A stretch of 63,860 nt of DNA, the filler included, from the NCBI GenBank assembly GCA_964501035.1. It is 4 parts of 4 records of this genome, joined end to end, with 100 filler letters (N's around TTAATTAATTAA, not from the genome) between each part and the next. Parts side by side here need not be neighbours in the genome. Positions count along the whole stretch, not along the records: positions 16,871 to 33,409 come from CAZCRK010000035.1; positions 33,510 to 49,666 come from CAZCRK010000036.1; 2 more parts are not named here. The stretch is one strand, 5' to 3'. This document shows positions 29,590-40,898 of the stretch, one piece after another. Positions within the stretch are counted from its first letter, which is position 1, and each line of letters begins with the position of its first letter. The position numbers and the translations under genes are program-made. The notes beneath the pieces are model-generated. The model saw nothing but the letters and a program-made list of their open reading frames with translations, was not told where the DNA came from and did no database searches.

Positions 29590-31656
29590 TTATCCAATAA
29601 TTAGGTTTACAATTTCAATGATATCAAGTACATTTATAATTCCATCAGCATTCATGTCAGAAGCAATGCTCTCATAACCACTAGGTGTAGATTCTTCTAT
29701 TATAAACCCAACTACTAATATCACATCTAAAATATTAATTTCAAAATCTATATTTACATCACCAAGCAATATTTCTAAACCAACTGCCTCAAGTTTGAAG
29801 TCATCAATACTCGCTTCAACAAGAGATCCCCCACTACCTATATTTCCTTCATAGAAATTATCTTCAGCAATGAAGCGAAATTGCATCTCAGATGTTAATG
29901 GTAAAAGGTCTGTTAACAATCTTCTATGACGAGTCCATTCAGGTTGGGAAATTGTTATATCTTCAATTGAAACCCAAGAACTTCCATTATCATTGGAAAC
30001 TTCAATCTTAAAATGATCAGTTGAAGGATTATTACCTAAATTGTTGGAATACCATCTCCAATATGTGCATAACACTTCTGAGTATTGGGATAAATCAAAA
30101 ATAGGACTAAGTAATGTTGTTTTACCGCCATCAACATCATTTTGACCAGCACTTCCAGGGTTACTTTGATTACCTGTAACATAACATTGATCGCCAAATT
30201 CAGTATGATCATTTTCAGGCTGAACTTGATAATCAGAAACATAGGTTCCCACAGGCTCTCCACGCTCCCAAAGCCCAGACGTTGCATCATCATTTTCAGC
30301 AGGAGTTGTCCAACCTAAATGATTTTCAAAGTCATCTAGAAAAATATCAGGAAAATCACCATAAATAAATGAAATTGGTGTAACATCACCATTCAAGGGA
30401 TACATCGTAAAATCAGCTGCATTATTTTCTGCAGTGAAATAGTAATTGACAAAAATACCTGAAGTAAAAAATGGAAGTGTGGTCGTATATGAATTTTCTG
30501 TCTGCCAGCCTAACTCTTGAAACTCCCAAGCACTACCTAAATTATAATGCAGAGTCACATTATTTACCTCACTTTCTGGTGAAAATACATCTACAGAAAA
30601 TTGTACATCCTCAATCGATGAACTAATATCTTCTAAATTATTATGAACAATTGAAATTCCACCAAATTTAGTCACATATAGACCTGTTTCAATATCGCTA
30701 GAAATAATATTTCCGCTTGGCAAAAATGGATAAACACCCCAATTTCCTACATAAAGACCATCTAATTCACTCGTGTCATAATATGCTATTTCTTGCGGAT
30801 TGGTTGGATTTGTAAAATCAATTATACGTGTTCCATCTGCATAATATGAACAGATAATTTTTTGATCAACAACATACACATTATGCACAGTATGATTGGG
30901 ATCTACACTAAATTCACTTAATTGGTTTATATTCGAATAATCCGAAATATCCCAAATTTTAATATGGCCTCCACTCATTTCATCAGCAGTTACTAGAATT
31001 TGTTCATCTTCCGTAACTGCACAATCATGAGCAAATCCATCATATTGCCAGCTAGTAATCGTAAAAGGATTAGATTTGTCAAATAAATCAATAATATAAA
31101 CTGTACTTGTATAAATTCCCATTGCATAAGCTTTATCGTTAAAAACATGTAAATCATGGATATATTCTCCATCCCAAACACCGATTAGTTGAGGAACACC
31201 TGGGATAGAATCTAATTCATAAATCCAAATATCATGTTCATCAGCACCGACAATATACAAGAAACCTTCATCAATATGAATGTTATGACTATTATCTACA
31301 TCTGTTATTGTATATACAAGTTGAGGGTTATCTATTTCTTGTACATTTACTACCTTTATACCATCATCTGCTTCAGTTCCGATGTAAACAAATCCATTCC
31401 AATATTTCATATCACGCCATATACTATTATTACCTTCTATTCTTCCAATTTCAAAAGGTGCTGCTGGATCGGTTACATCCACAAATGAAGCTGCATTTTG
31501 CAAACCTACTACAGCAATTTCTCTTTCATTTTGTTTAAATCCAGTAATATCTGAAGCGTTTTGTTCAAATGTAAAATGGCTCAATAGTTGCATATTAAAA
31601 CCCTGAGCAAAAATTGTAGAAAAGGTTAGTAATATGAGTAAAAAGATTTTTTTCAT
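29590..31656 (-). CDS. Secreted choice-of-anchor B / LVIVD-repeat protein with a C-terminal dockerin-like domain
   Basis: Signal peptide; SIWRDMK, SHNI, HTVHN, WGVYPFLPSG; C-terminal GDVNID..INILDVI ... DMNADGIINVLDI. Confidence 0.8.
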   Translation of the reverse strand: MKKIFLLILLTFSTIFAQGFNMQLLSHFTFEQNASDITGFKQNEREIAVVGLQNAASFVDVTDPAAPFEIGRIEGNNSIWRDMKYWNGFVYIGTEADDGIKVVNVQEIDNPQLVYTITDVDNSHNIHIDEGFLYIVGADEHDIWIYELDSIPGVPQLIGVWDGEYIHDLHVFNDKAYAMGIYTSTVYIIDLFDKSNPFTITSWQYDGFAHDCAVTEDEQILVTADEMSGGHIKIWDISDYSNINQLSEFSVDPNHTVHNVYVVDQKIICSYYADGTRIIDFTNPTNPQEIAYYDTSELDGLYVGNWGVYPFLPSGNIISSDIETGLYVTKFGGISIVHNNLEDISSSIEDVQFSVDVFSPESEVNNVTLHYNLGSAWEFQELGWQTENSYTTTLPFFTSGIFVNYYFTAENNAADFTMYPLNGDVTPISFIYGDFPDIFLDDFENHLGWTTPAENDDATSGLWERGEPVGTYVSDYQVQPENDHTEFGDQCYVTGNQSNPGSAGQNDVDGGKTTLLSPIFDLSQYSEVLCTYWRWYSNNLGNNPSTDHFKIEVSNDNGSSWVSIEDITISQPEWTRHRRLLTDLLPLTSEMQFRFIAEDNFYEGNIGSGGSLVEASIDDFKLEAVGLEILLGDVNIDFEINILDVILVVGFIIEESTPSGYESIASDMNADGIINVLDIIEIVNLIIG

Positions 31657-31680
31657 AATTTTCTTTCAATTTAATGACTT

Positions 31681-31696
31681 AGTGACCTAGGTCAAA
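31681..31696. promoter_or_regulatory. Possible CRP/FNR-type operator
   Basis: AGTGA-CCTAGG-TCAAA containing the perfect 12-bp palindrome TGACCTAGGTCA, about 25 nt upstream of the 31656 start. Confidence 0.3.
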
Positions 31697-31794
31697 TTTT
31701 TAATTCTAGATTACAATTAAGTTTTGGTGTAAGAATATGATAATAGTTTATTATATCCTTACACGTTTCTCTGTTTTGGCCTTGATGAACAGAC

Positions 31795-31822
31795 GGAAAA
31801 CCCCTGATAACAGGGGTTTTCC
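31795..31822 (-). terminator. Hairpin downstream of the CTD-protein gene, probable terminator
   Basis: GGAAAACCCCTG-ATAA-CAGGGGTTTTCC perfect 12-bp stem. Confidence 0.65.
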
Positions 31823-31850
31823 ATTGATACTCCAACAATGAGATTGATAA

Positions 31851-33409
31851 TTATTTAACCAACATCAATTTGCTAGAAGTTGAATATCCATCCGACAAGA
31901 TATTCAAAAAGTAAATTCCACTTGGGTTAGCTTTCGCATCCCAATATATTTCAAAAACGCCTTTTGGAATTAAATTATTGTAAACTGTTTCAACATGTCG
32001 TCCTGAAATATCTAAAATACTAATAGTTGCAAATTTCTCAACATGTGAAGAAATAGTGATTTGTGTATTAGGATTAAATGGATTAGGATAAATTGATAAA
32101 ATCTCTAACTTCCCTGGTAACTCGATTGAAGAATTATCAAATAAATTTTCTACTATCGAAACTTTGTTTGAAGACCAGCCCTCATAATCACCAGTTAATT
32201 CAATACTTGTACCATGAGTTTCTAATATAAATATTGGAATTTGATTTTCCTCACAAAACCCAAAAGTTCTTTCGTATCCGTCATATCCCATAACTGGAAT
32301 ATCTGTATATTCACCAACCCACTTGCGTCCGCCAACTAAAACATTGTTGCAGTAAGCATAAATCCAATCCCCAGTTTGAATATTTTCATTCTCTATATTT
32401 TTTATAAAATAAAAGGATTGTAGCGACGATTGTGCCGCAACTTTTTCCACTTTATTTTCCATAGCTACTGTTCTTGATAAACTTGATAAATCATAATTAA
32501 ACTCAAAATTAGTTTCTGATGAAAACCAATACCCTTTTCCTCCATAAAAATGTGTGAGACTTCCAACCCACTCACCAGTTTCTAATCGTAAAGCAGCTTC
32601 GCTTTCTCCCATAATAAAATTAAAATTTTCCTCAAACGCATCAGGAATTCCATAATTCAACTCAAGAGACCCACTATTTGGAAATGAAACTAAATTAACA
32701 CCTGCTTCAATATTATAAATTAGATTATCAGGTGTGTCCCAAGCATCCTCGACAAGCAAATCAAAGGTGTTAAGTGACCGTACCCAATATCCGCTTTCAT
32801 CAACAATTTGTTGCAAACTACCATCAAAAATTCCACTATCGAGAACAGCAGATGAACCTTCTCCGTAAATATTATAAACATATTCTTCTTCCACTAAAAA
32901 GATATTCTCAACAGAATTATCTTCAGGAAGTGCATAAAAACTAATCAAGTTAGCTCCAGCATTTAATGAAAGTTCATAATTGAAAGCAACACATGCATCT
33001 TGACCAGTTTCACCTCCTACACACACACCACAATCATCTAATGCTGCAGATCCGCCACAATCACCATTGCAATCTAGAATACTACCAAAGCAATCACATT
33101 CGCCTTCAGGTATTCCATTACCCTCACATACACCGCATTCATCCTCAATTGCTGTACCACCACAAACATCTAAGCAATCAAAATCAAGTGGTTCACCATC
33201 ATCAAACTCACACCAATTATTACACCCTTCAGGATACACACAACTATCATCGTTGTTTTGAGCAAATTGATCAAAATTACAAGCAGTTTCATCTGTACAC
33301 CCATATTCAATAATTGTTTCCACAACTAATTCAAATGGAGCAAATCCATTTCCAATGGTCATATCAGCAGTAAATTCGAGTGTTTCATCTAAGCAATAAA
33401 TTTCATCGT
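31851..33409 (-). CDS. Large secreted protein with Cys-rich repeats and a T9SS/FlgD-like C-terminal domain, 5'-truncated
   Basis: Frame open to the contig edge; GCTD..ACNFD and DCxGxCGG repeats; YPNPFNP...ILDISGR.VE...SGIYF...KLMLVK. Confidence 0.82.
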
Positions 33410-33509
33410 NNNNNNNNNNNNNNNNNNNNNNNNNNNNNNNNNNNNNNNNNNNNTTAATTAATTAANNNNNNNNNNNNNNNNNNNNNNNNNNNNNNNNNNN
33501 NNNNNNNNN
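33410..33509. other. Artificial contig spacer
   Basis: N44-TTAATTAATTAA-N44. Confidence 0.97.
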
Positions 33510-34671
33510 TATGAGATACAGCTAGTATTATTGCATCATAAATGTTTGAATTCATAGCATTATCCGAAATCAATTCAAAATTATACGAAGATTTAACTTC
33601 TTCAAACGAGGCACATGAATCATGTACATCAACATTACAACCATATTTTTTTAATTCTATCACAATATCTATTACCCGAGTATTTCGAATATCTGGACAA
33701 TTTTCTTTAAAAGTAAACCCTAAAACTAAAACTTTCGAGTTTTTAATGGATATTTCATTGTCAATCATTAATCGAATAACTTTGTTAGATATAAAATATC
33801 CCATATTGTCATTAATTTCACGACCAGCAATAATTAATTTTGGCTGATATCCTAAACTACTTGATTTATATGACAAATAATATGGGTCAACACCAATGCA
33901 ATGACCACCCACTAATCCTGGTTGGAATTTTAAAAAATTCCACTTTGTTCCTGCAGCTTCAAGTACTTCATTTGTGTCAATATTCATTTTTTCAAAAATG
34001 AGAGAAAGTTCGTTTACAAAAGCTATATTAACGTCTCTTTGAGCATTTTCAATTGCTTTTGATGCCTCTGCAACTTTTATAGATGAAGCCCTAAATGTAT
34101 CAACCTTTAAAATTGACTTATATAGCTCATCAACCATATCTAAGGTTTTTGCATCTGAACCACTCACTACTTTTTGAATTGTTGTTAAGGAATTAACCTT
34201 ATCACCAGGGTTAATTCGTTCTGGACTATATCCACAGAAAAAATCTGTATTAAAAATTAAACCTGAATTCTCTTCTAAAATTGGAATACAATCTTCTTCA
34301 GTACACCCAGGATAAACTGTTGATTCATAAATTACAATGTCTCCTTTAGATAGCACTTTACCAATGGTTTTTGATGCAGAAATTAATGCAGAAAGATTTG
34401 GCATTTTATTTGAATCAATTGGAGTAGGTACGGTTATTATGTAAACATTTGCCTCTTGTAAGTTTTGTTTACTCGAAGTGAATGTCAATGATTTGGCATT
34501 TTCAAAACCATCTTTTTCAACTTCTAATGTTGTATCAATTCCATTTTTTAACTCTGAAATTCTTTTATCATTTATATCAAACCCAATTGTATGGTATTTT
34601 TTTCCAAACTCAATTGCTAAGGGTAGTCCTACGTACCCTAAACCAATTACAGCAATAATTTTATCGTTCAT
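33510..34671 (-). CDS. UDP-N-acetylhexosamine dehydrogenase (WbpO/TviB family), 3'-truncated
   Basis: GLGYVGLPLA, YESTVYPG, SPERINPGD, GGHCIGVDPYY, FKENCPDIRN. Confidence 0.9.
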
Positions 34672-34682
34672 TAAGTGGTACC

Positions 34683-36965
34683 CTATTTTTCATCATCTGA
34701 TGAATAATAATAGCTATAGTATTCACCAAACTGATTATCAGTTTCATTTAAATCATTTACAATCACACCTATTTGAGGTGCATTCACAGATTTTACTAAT
34801 TGCAATGTTCGCTTTAGAGCAGGTAAAGAAGTTCTATTATATCTAACTACTGTAAGCATCGCATCAATACTATTTAAAATAACCCTTGAGTCCGTTACAA
34901 TGTTTATAGGCGGAGTATCAAAAACAACTATATCCCAAGAACTTTTAAGGGATTTAATTAGTTTTGACATTCTAGGTGAGCCTAATATTTCACTTGGATT
35001 TTTTATTGACTGGCCACTAGTAATGCATGACAAATTATTTATTTCAGTTTTTTTAACAAACTGAGAAAATTCAACATCATTTTTCTCCAACACTTCAGTT
35101 AACCCATAATCTCTGCTTAAATTGAAAACCTTATGCAAAACGGGTTTTCTCAAATCTGCATCAACTATTAAAGTATTGTATCCTAATTGTGAAAATGCAA
35201 TTGCAATGTTTATTGCTGAAGTACTTTTCCCATCGGATGGGTCTGGACTTGAGACTAACAAGGTTTTAATTTTTTCGCCAGATTTTGCATAAATAATGTT
35301 GGTTCTAACATTTCTATATGCTTCAGATATTGGATTTTGAGGATCTAAATGTGTTATCAATCTTTCACTTAATTGTTTATCGTTATTTTCTGTATATAAT
35401 TTTTTTCTTTTTCTGAAATATTTATTTTTACCATTTCCAATTCTAGGAATGACACCTAATATATTTACACCTAACTTTTGTAACACTTCAATTGAAGAAA
35501 TACTCTGATTTAGAGATTCTTTAAATACTGATAATACTACACTAAATCCTAAGCCAATGATAAAAGCTAATAGTAAATTTTGATTCATATTAGGAGAAGA
35601 AGGATAAAATGGTGGATATGCAGAATCAATAGTTCTAATTTGAACCGTTTGAGATGCTTGTGAAATTCGTGTTTCTTCAAGCTTTTCACTGATTAACAAA
35701 AATAAATTTTCTTTTACTTGTCTGTCTCTTAACAATCTAGCAAGTTTAATCGTTTTATCTGGTAAATTAGAAAGTTGGGATTTGATTTCGTCAATAAGTA
35801 ATGTGTATTCTTTAGAGCGAGATTTTAATAGTATCAACTCAGCATTTATCTCAATGATTTTCTTTTTCAACTCAATTGAGGAGGAAATAGGATCATTTAA
35901 CAAAATTCCAGAAGTTAGTAATTTGTTAGTTTCTTTGGTTAAAGCATTTTTCAGAAATTCAATTTTTGATTCTATTTCAATAACGGCAGGATGTTTTCTA
36001 TCATTATTTGTATTGAGTGCTTGAATTAGAACAGCTTCCTGCATTGCAAGTTCATTTCGTAATTCTAAAATTGTAGGATTAGTAGTGTTTAAAACATCTT
36101 CAATTAACTTTAATTCCTTTTGACTTAACTGATTTTTTGTATAGTTAAGTTCTTCTTCTAATACACTTTTTTCTACTTGAGATGTTTGTTGAATAGTTTC
36201 ATAATCTGAAAGTTTAATTAGAAGGGTATTGGAACTACCATCTGTATTAAAGATATTTTCTTCTTTTTGGAATTTTTTAAGTTTATTTTCAGAAACATTT
36301 AACCCTTTTTCTCTTATTCTTAACTGTTCCTCAAGAAAAATTCGTAGCCTATCAATTTCTGTCCCTTTCCAAATCTTATCCTTTGACTTATAAATATCAA
36401 CAATGAGATTTAAAATCAATGTTGATTCCTCTGCATCTACACTTGAATATGAGAGTTGTAAAGTTTGTGTTTCTCTTTTTGGGGTAACTGACAAATTTCG
36501 TTGCAACCCTTTAGCAAGTTCTATTTTTTTAACTTCAGAAAGTTTGAGAGGACTAACTTCATTTTCTTTTTCAAATCTAAATACTTTATTTGCAATTTTT
36601 TGCAATTTTGTTTGATAAATCTTTGTATGTAAACAATACAATTCATCTTGGTATTGTGTTTTCCATAAAGAATCAATCACCGCCTCAGCCAAAGTTCTAC
36701 TTTTCAGAATTTCAATTTCATTTTTTAGACTAACTTCATCAGCCATTGATTCAAACCCAAAGAACTTTTGAGTCTGATCTTCTTTTTCAATCATGATAAG
36801 AGTGTGGGATATATATTTTGTTGGAATCGAAAGAGTGTAAATATATGCAGTAATCAAAAATAATGCAGGGATTATCATCATATATGCTTTGTGTTTTAAC
36901 AAAATTTTATAATAATCACGAATTTCTAAACTACTATCGTTGTCAAAATTAAACTGTTCTCTCAT
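34683..36965 (-). CDS. wzc: Polysaccharide co-polymerase / BY-kinase (Wzc-like)
   Basis: Two TMs flanking a coiled coil, SEAYR, DGKST, VDADLRKP, DTPP, C-terminal Tyr cluster YYSYYY. Confidence 0.88.
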   Translation of the reverse strand: MREQFNFDNDSSLEIRDYYKILLKHKAYMMIIPALFLITAYIYTLSIPTKYISHTLIMIEKEDQTQKFFGFESMADEVSLKNEIEILKSRTLAEAVIDSLWKTQYQDELYCLHTKIYQTKLQKIANKVFRFEKENEVSPLKLSEVKKIELAKGLQRNLSVTPKRETQTLQLSYSSVDAEESTLILNLIVDIYKSKDKIWKGTEIDRLRIFLEEQLRIREKGLNVSENKLKKFQKEENIFNTDGSSNTLLIKLSDYETIQQTSQVEKSVLEEELNYTKNQLSQKELKLIEDVLNTTNPTILELRNELAMQEAVLIQALNTNNDRKHPAVIEIESKIEFLKNALTKETNKLLTSGILLNDPISSSIELKKKIIEINAELILLKSRSKEYTLLIDEIKSQLSNLPDKTIKLARLLRDRQVKENLFLLISEKLEETRISQASQTVQIRTIDSAYPPFYPSSPNMNQNLLLAFIIGLGFSVVLSVFKESLNQSISSIEVLQKLGVNILGVIPRIGNGKNKYFRKRKKLYTENNDKQLSERLITHLDPQNPISEAYRNVRTNIIYAKSGEKIKTLLVSSPDPSDGKSTSAINIAIAFSQLGYNTLIVDADLRKPVLHKVFNLSRDYGLTEVLEKNDVEFSQFVKKTEINNLSCITSGQSIKNPSEILGSPRMSKLIKSLKSSWDIVVFDTPPINIVTDSRVILNSIDAMLTVVRYNRTSLPALKRTLQLVKSVNAPQIGVIVNDLNETDNQFGEYYSYYYSSDDEK

Positions 36966-37001
36966 AAATCCTATTTTTCCAATTATTTAAACTTGTTAAT
37001 T

Positions 37002-37997
37002 TTAGGGTGATTTCTTATATAAACCTACACTATTTTCTGTTGACATAATTTTAGTGATTGCATGTTTATGAAAATGACTTTTCATAAAAAATATTGCTCC
37101 GATAATTACATATAAAATATACCCGTATGCATGTAAAATTATTGCAAATGAGTTAGCGATATTGGGTGATTTGTCTAGTAGATCAACCATGACAAATTTT
37201 ACACCTGCATGAAATGTCCCAATCATACCGGGTGCTGATGGGATAGATAGTACCATTGATGAAATAATTAATATCAATAGAGATTGAGATAAAGTTAACT
37301 GTAAACCCAATGAGAGTTGAATTAAATGAACATCAATCCAATAAATGCTCCAGATAATTATTGTAAGACCTAACAAAGATAATTTATTTTGTTTGCCAAA
37401 ATGTGAGAAGCTATCTAGAATTTGTTGAATTGTTAACAAAATTTTATTTTTTGAATCAAATTTGGGGACTATCTTAATTATAAGAAATACAATTACAGAT
37501 ACAAATATTGCAAAAATAACACCAATCATTAAATAGTTTTCAATTTGTTCTTGTACCGTTACAATGGACATTAGCATTATTATAAATACTCCTAAACCAA
37601 ATGTATCTAATATTCTCTCTAAAATAATGGTTCCAAAGGTGTAACTTTTTGATAAGCCTGTCTCTTTCCCTAAAATATAACACCGTAATAATTCACCAAG
37701 GCGAAGGGGCAACACATTATTCCCAAAATATCCAATCATTTCATTTTTGAAAAGGATTTTTGTTGTAACTGGATCATTCGATTTAAACAATAACTTCCAG
37801 CGTATTGCTCGAAACCATACAGAAATAACAAGCAAACAAGAAGCAATTATCACCCATAATAATTTTATATTATTGATTGAAGATTTAAAATCGATAAAAT
37901 TAAAATCTTTAAATGCCCAATACACACCAAAGATGCTGACAAATACACCAATTATAGTTTTGGGGTTTAATAATATTTTAAGAAATGATGGTTTCAA
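37002..37997 (-). CDS. UPF0104 / lysylphosphatidylglycerol-synthase TM-domain (flippase-like) protein
   Basis: RAIRW, GYFGNNVLPLRLGELLR, ERILD, PSAPGMIG. Confidence 0.82.
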   Translation of the reverse strand: MKPSFLKILLNPKTIIGVFVSIFGVYWAFKDFNFIDFKSSINNIKLLWVIIASCLLVISVWFRAIRWKLLFKSNDPVTTKILFKNEMIGYFGNNVLPLRLGELLRCYILGKETGLSKSYTFGTIILERILDTFGLGVFIIMLMSIVTVQEQIENYLMIGVIFAIFVSVIVFLIIKIVPKFDSKNKILLTIQQILDSFSHFGKQNKLSLLGLTIIIWSIYWIDVHLIQLSLGLQLTLSQSLLILIISSMVLSIPSAPGMIGTFHAGVKFVMVDLLDKSPNIANSFAIILHAYGYILYVIIGAIFFMKSHFHKHAITKIMSTENSVGLYKKSP

Positions 37998-38591
37998 TTA
38001 CTCTCTTAAATCAAAAATAAATGCGTTTTCAATATCTATTATATTAAAGTTTGCTGGAATAACACTTTTGCTAGAAACATAAATTTCATTTACTTTAATC
38101 TCAGAATCAGGACTACTAATGTTTATGCTCTCAATCTGATTTTTTAATGAATCAAATTTTATAGTAATTTTTTGAAGCATATCTATATTATGAATAATAT
38201 AAACATCTTTATCTTTTTTAGGTTGGAAGTCATTAGATGTAAAATACTGTTTCCACATTTTTACAATATTTAAAAAGCTTGAATCTGGACTTTGAATAAA
38301 TAATTGATTTGTTCTGGAATCATACCTTTCCCATTTTACATTATCTGAAACGATTATCACCCCATCCATTTCTAGACTAAATTGTTCTGTCCTATCCATT
38401 TTAAGATGAATTTGTTTCGTACTCGAATTTTCAAAATCATTTATCTTCATTTTAGTTTCAACAATACATTTTAAATCGATAAACGAAACTGAGTCGGAAA
38501 AGCTATTCTCTTGAATCCATGTTGAAAAATCATCTTCAGTGAAAATAAGAGAACAGAAAATAAAAAGAATAACGAATCTAATTTTAGTCAT
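37998..38591 (-). CDS. Exported protein, possibly LolA-like
   Basis: Signal peptide; IVSDNVKWERYD..TNQLFI resembles LolA; directly downstream of ftsK. Confidence 0.5.
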   Translation of the reverse strand: MTKIRFVILFIFCSLIFTEDDFSTWIQENSFSDSVSFIDLKCIVETKMKINDFENSSTKQIHLKMDRTEQFSLEMDGVIIVSDNVKWERYDSRTNQLFIQSPDSSFLNIVKMWKQYFTSNDFQPKKDKDVYIIHNIDMLQKITIKFDSLKNQIESINISSPDSEIKVNEIYVSSKSVIPANFNIIDIENAFIFDLRE

Positions 38592-40893
38592 TAAACACAT
38601 TCTCAAGATATGATAACTCAACTAAAACATCTCTAGCTTTACTACCACTATATCCGCTCACAATTCCAAGTGATTCCAATTCATCAATTAGTCGTCCAGC
38701 TCTACTATAACCGATTCTAAATTTCCTTTGTAATAATGAAACAGATGCTTGTTGATGATTGATAACAAGTTCTGCGGCATCTTTTAGCAATTCATCCCTA
38801 TCTCCATCCACTGTAAAATCAGATTCTCCTTTTTCCTCTTTGGTTTTAGGTAACATAATTTCATCAGGTTTTGGTTGAGTAGTAATATGATTCATCACAG
38901 CTTCAATCTCTTCTAAAGTAATATAGGCATTATGTAAGCGAATAGGTGATGCTGTTCCGGGTAACAAGAATAACATATCTCCTCGACCAAGTAACTTTTC
39001 TGCGCCCATTTGGTCAATAATTGTTCTAGAATCAATTTTAGATGATACCTGAAATGCGATTCGAGCAGGGAAATTTGATTTAATCAATCCGGTAATAACA
39101 TCAACGGATGGTCGTTGCGTAGCGACTACTAAATGAATCCCCACAGCCCGAGCTTTTTGTGCCAAACGAGTTATGGGTTCTTCAATTGCTCGTCCAGAAG
39201 TCATCATTAAGTCTGCTAACTCGTCAATTAACACAACAACATAGGGTACATTTTCTAACTCAGAATCTTGTTTGCACCTTTCATGGTATTCAGTGATGTT
39301 TCTAACTCTTGCATCTGAAAATACTTGAAAACGACGCTCCATTTCAGCTATTGCTGAATCCAAAATACCTACTGCATTTTCTGCTGTTGTCATCACATAT
39401 TCATCCAAGTTAGGTGCTGTTATTAAATGATATCCTACCAATGACTTATAGGTTGCAAGTTCTAATTTTTTTGGATCTACCAAAATAAACTTTACTTCAT
39501 CTGGTTTTGCTTTATACAAAATAGAAATTATAATTGTATTGATACATACAGATTTTCCTGCCCCAGTTGCACCAGCTACCAATAGATGTGGCATTTGATT
39601 TAGGTCAAAAGTATAGGCGTCTCCAGTTGTCGTTTTACCAAGACCTACGGTTAGTTTTGTGTCAGAGTTTACATACCGTTCAGAGTTGATAATATTTTTA
39701 AGATACACTATAGATGGTCTATCATTTGGAAGTTCAATTCCAACTGAACGTGAACCGGGGATAGGAGCAATAACACGAATACGTTGTGCTTTCATAACAC
39801 GAGCCAAATCATCAGACAAGTTGGTGAATTTATTAACTCGTACACCCTCAGCAGGTTCAATTTCAAACAAAGTGATAACAGGTCCAGGAGATATTTTGAC
39901 GACTCGTCCATCTACACCAAATGTTTGAAGTGCATGAACTAATTGAGATGCTTTTTCACGCAATTCATCTTCTGAATGTGGATTCTCAATTTCAATTGGA
40001 TCAAACAAATAGTCGGTAATAGGTAATTTGTATTGACGGTATTTTGCTCTTCGATCCTTTTGAGAATCTAAATCACTTTCAACAATTGAAGTTTCATCTT
40101 CTATCGAAATATCTTTGGATACCTCTTCATCAGAGTTATTTTCATCTAGATTTTCATCTTTATTTACAGTATCATCTACTTGTTCAGTGTTTTCTTTTGT
40201 ATCATCTACTAAATTGTGTTGTGAGGGTGATTTATCACCTTCTTCAATAGAATTATTTTCATCTATTTGTTCTTCTTGTAACACAGGTTCGGGTTTTGAA
40301 CTCTCTTCACTTTTATTTATGACAACTGATTTAAGCTGTCTGTTTTCTTTCCATTGAACCCATTTTTCATTAGTCAATTCTTTAATATGTATCAATTTTT
40401 CATAAATGGAAAACTTTAAAATACCTGATAATAAAAATAATAATAGAACAGCCAACAATAAACCAAAAGCAAAACTTCCAATAAAATCAATAACAAAGGT
40501 AAAAATTGAAAAGCCAACTAGTCCTGAAAACTCAGCTGTCCACCATGAATCTAAATTGGTTCCTATAAATGCAATCAAAAGAGAAATCCAAATACCAATA
40601 GATAGGATGTAAATTGAAACATATATGCTTTTTTCAAAATCTCTTCGAGTAAACAGAATAAATCCATTGTAAGCAATAACAATTGGAAAAACAACTGAAC
40701 CCAATCCAAAAATCAACTTAATTAAAAACCAAGAAACATAAATTCCAAATAATCCCATAAAATTGGTTTTGGCAATTTCGGATGATAACCCAGAAGGAGA
40801 TTCAGTCGGGCTATACGTAATCATACTAATAGCCATAAACAACGCTATTACCATCATTAATATTCCTATTATCTCTTGTCGTCTTTTTTGCAT
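38584..40893 (-). CDS. ftsK: DNA translocase FtsK
   Basis: N-terminal TMs, MPHLLVAGATGAGKS, DELADLMM, ATQRPS, gamma domain LQRKFRIGYSRAGR. Confidence 0.96.
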   Translation of the reverse strand: MQKRRQEIIGILMMVIALFMAISMITYSPTESPSGLSSEIAKTNFMGLFGIYVSWFLIKLIFGLGSVVFPIVIAYNGFILFTRRDFEKSIYVSIYILSIGIWISLLIAFIGTNLDSWWTAEFSGLVGFSIFTFVIDFIGSFAFGLLLAVLLLFLLSGILKFSIYEKLIHIKELTNEKWVQWKENRQLKSVVINKSEESSKPEPVLQEEQIDENNSIEEGDKSPSQHNLVDDTKENTEQVDDTVNKDENLDENNSDEEVSKDISIEDETSIVESDLDSQKDRRAKYRQYKLPITDYLFDPIEIENPHSEDELREKASQLVHALQTFGVDGRVVKISPGPVITLFEIEPAEGVRVNKFTNLSDDLARVMKAQRIRVIAPIPGSRSVGIELPNDRPSIVYLKNIINSERYVNSDTKLTVGLGKTTTGDAYTFDLNQMPHLLVAGATGAGKSVCINTIIISILYKAKPDEVKFILVDPKKLELATYKSLVGYHLITAPNLDEYVMTTAENAVGILDSAIAEMERRFQVFSDARVRNITEYHERCKQDSELENVPYVVVLIDELADLMMTSGRAIEEPITRLAQKARAVGIHLVVATQRPSVDVITGLIKSNFPARIAFQVSSKIDSRTIIDQMGAEKLLGRGDMLFLLPGTASPIRLHNAYITLEEIEAVMNHITTQPKPDEIMLPKTKEEKGESDFTVDGDRDELLKDAAELVINHQQASVSLLQRKFRIGYSRAGRLIDELESLGIVSGYSGSKARDVLVELSYLENVFND

Positions 40894-40898
40894 TTAAA

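Noticed and set aside
31759..31824. 21-aa minus-strand ORF MENPCYQGFSVCSSRPKQRNV after a GGAG
   Set aside because: Mostly the translated terminator hairpin; no coding support.
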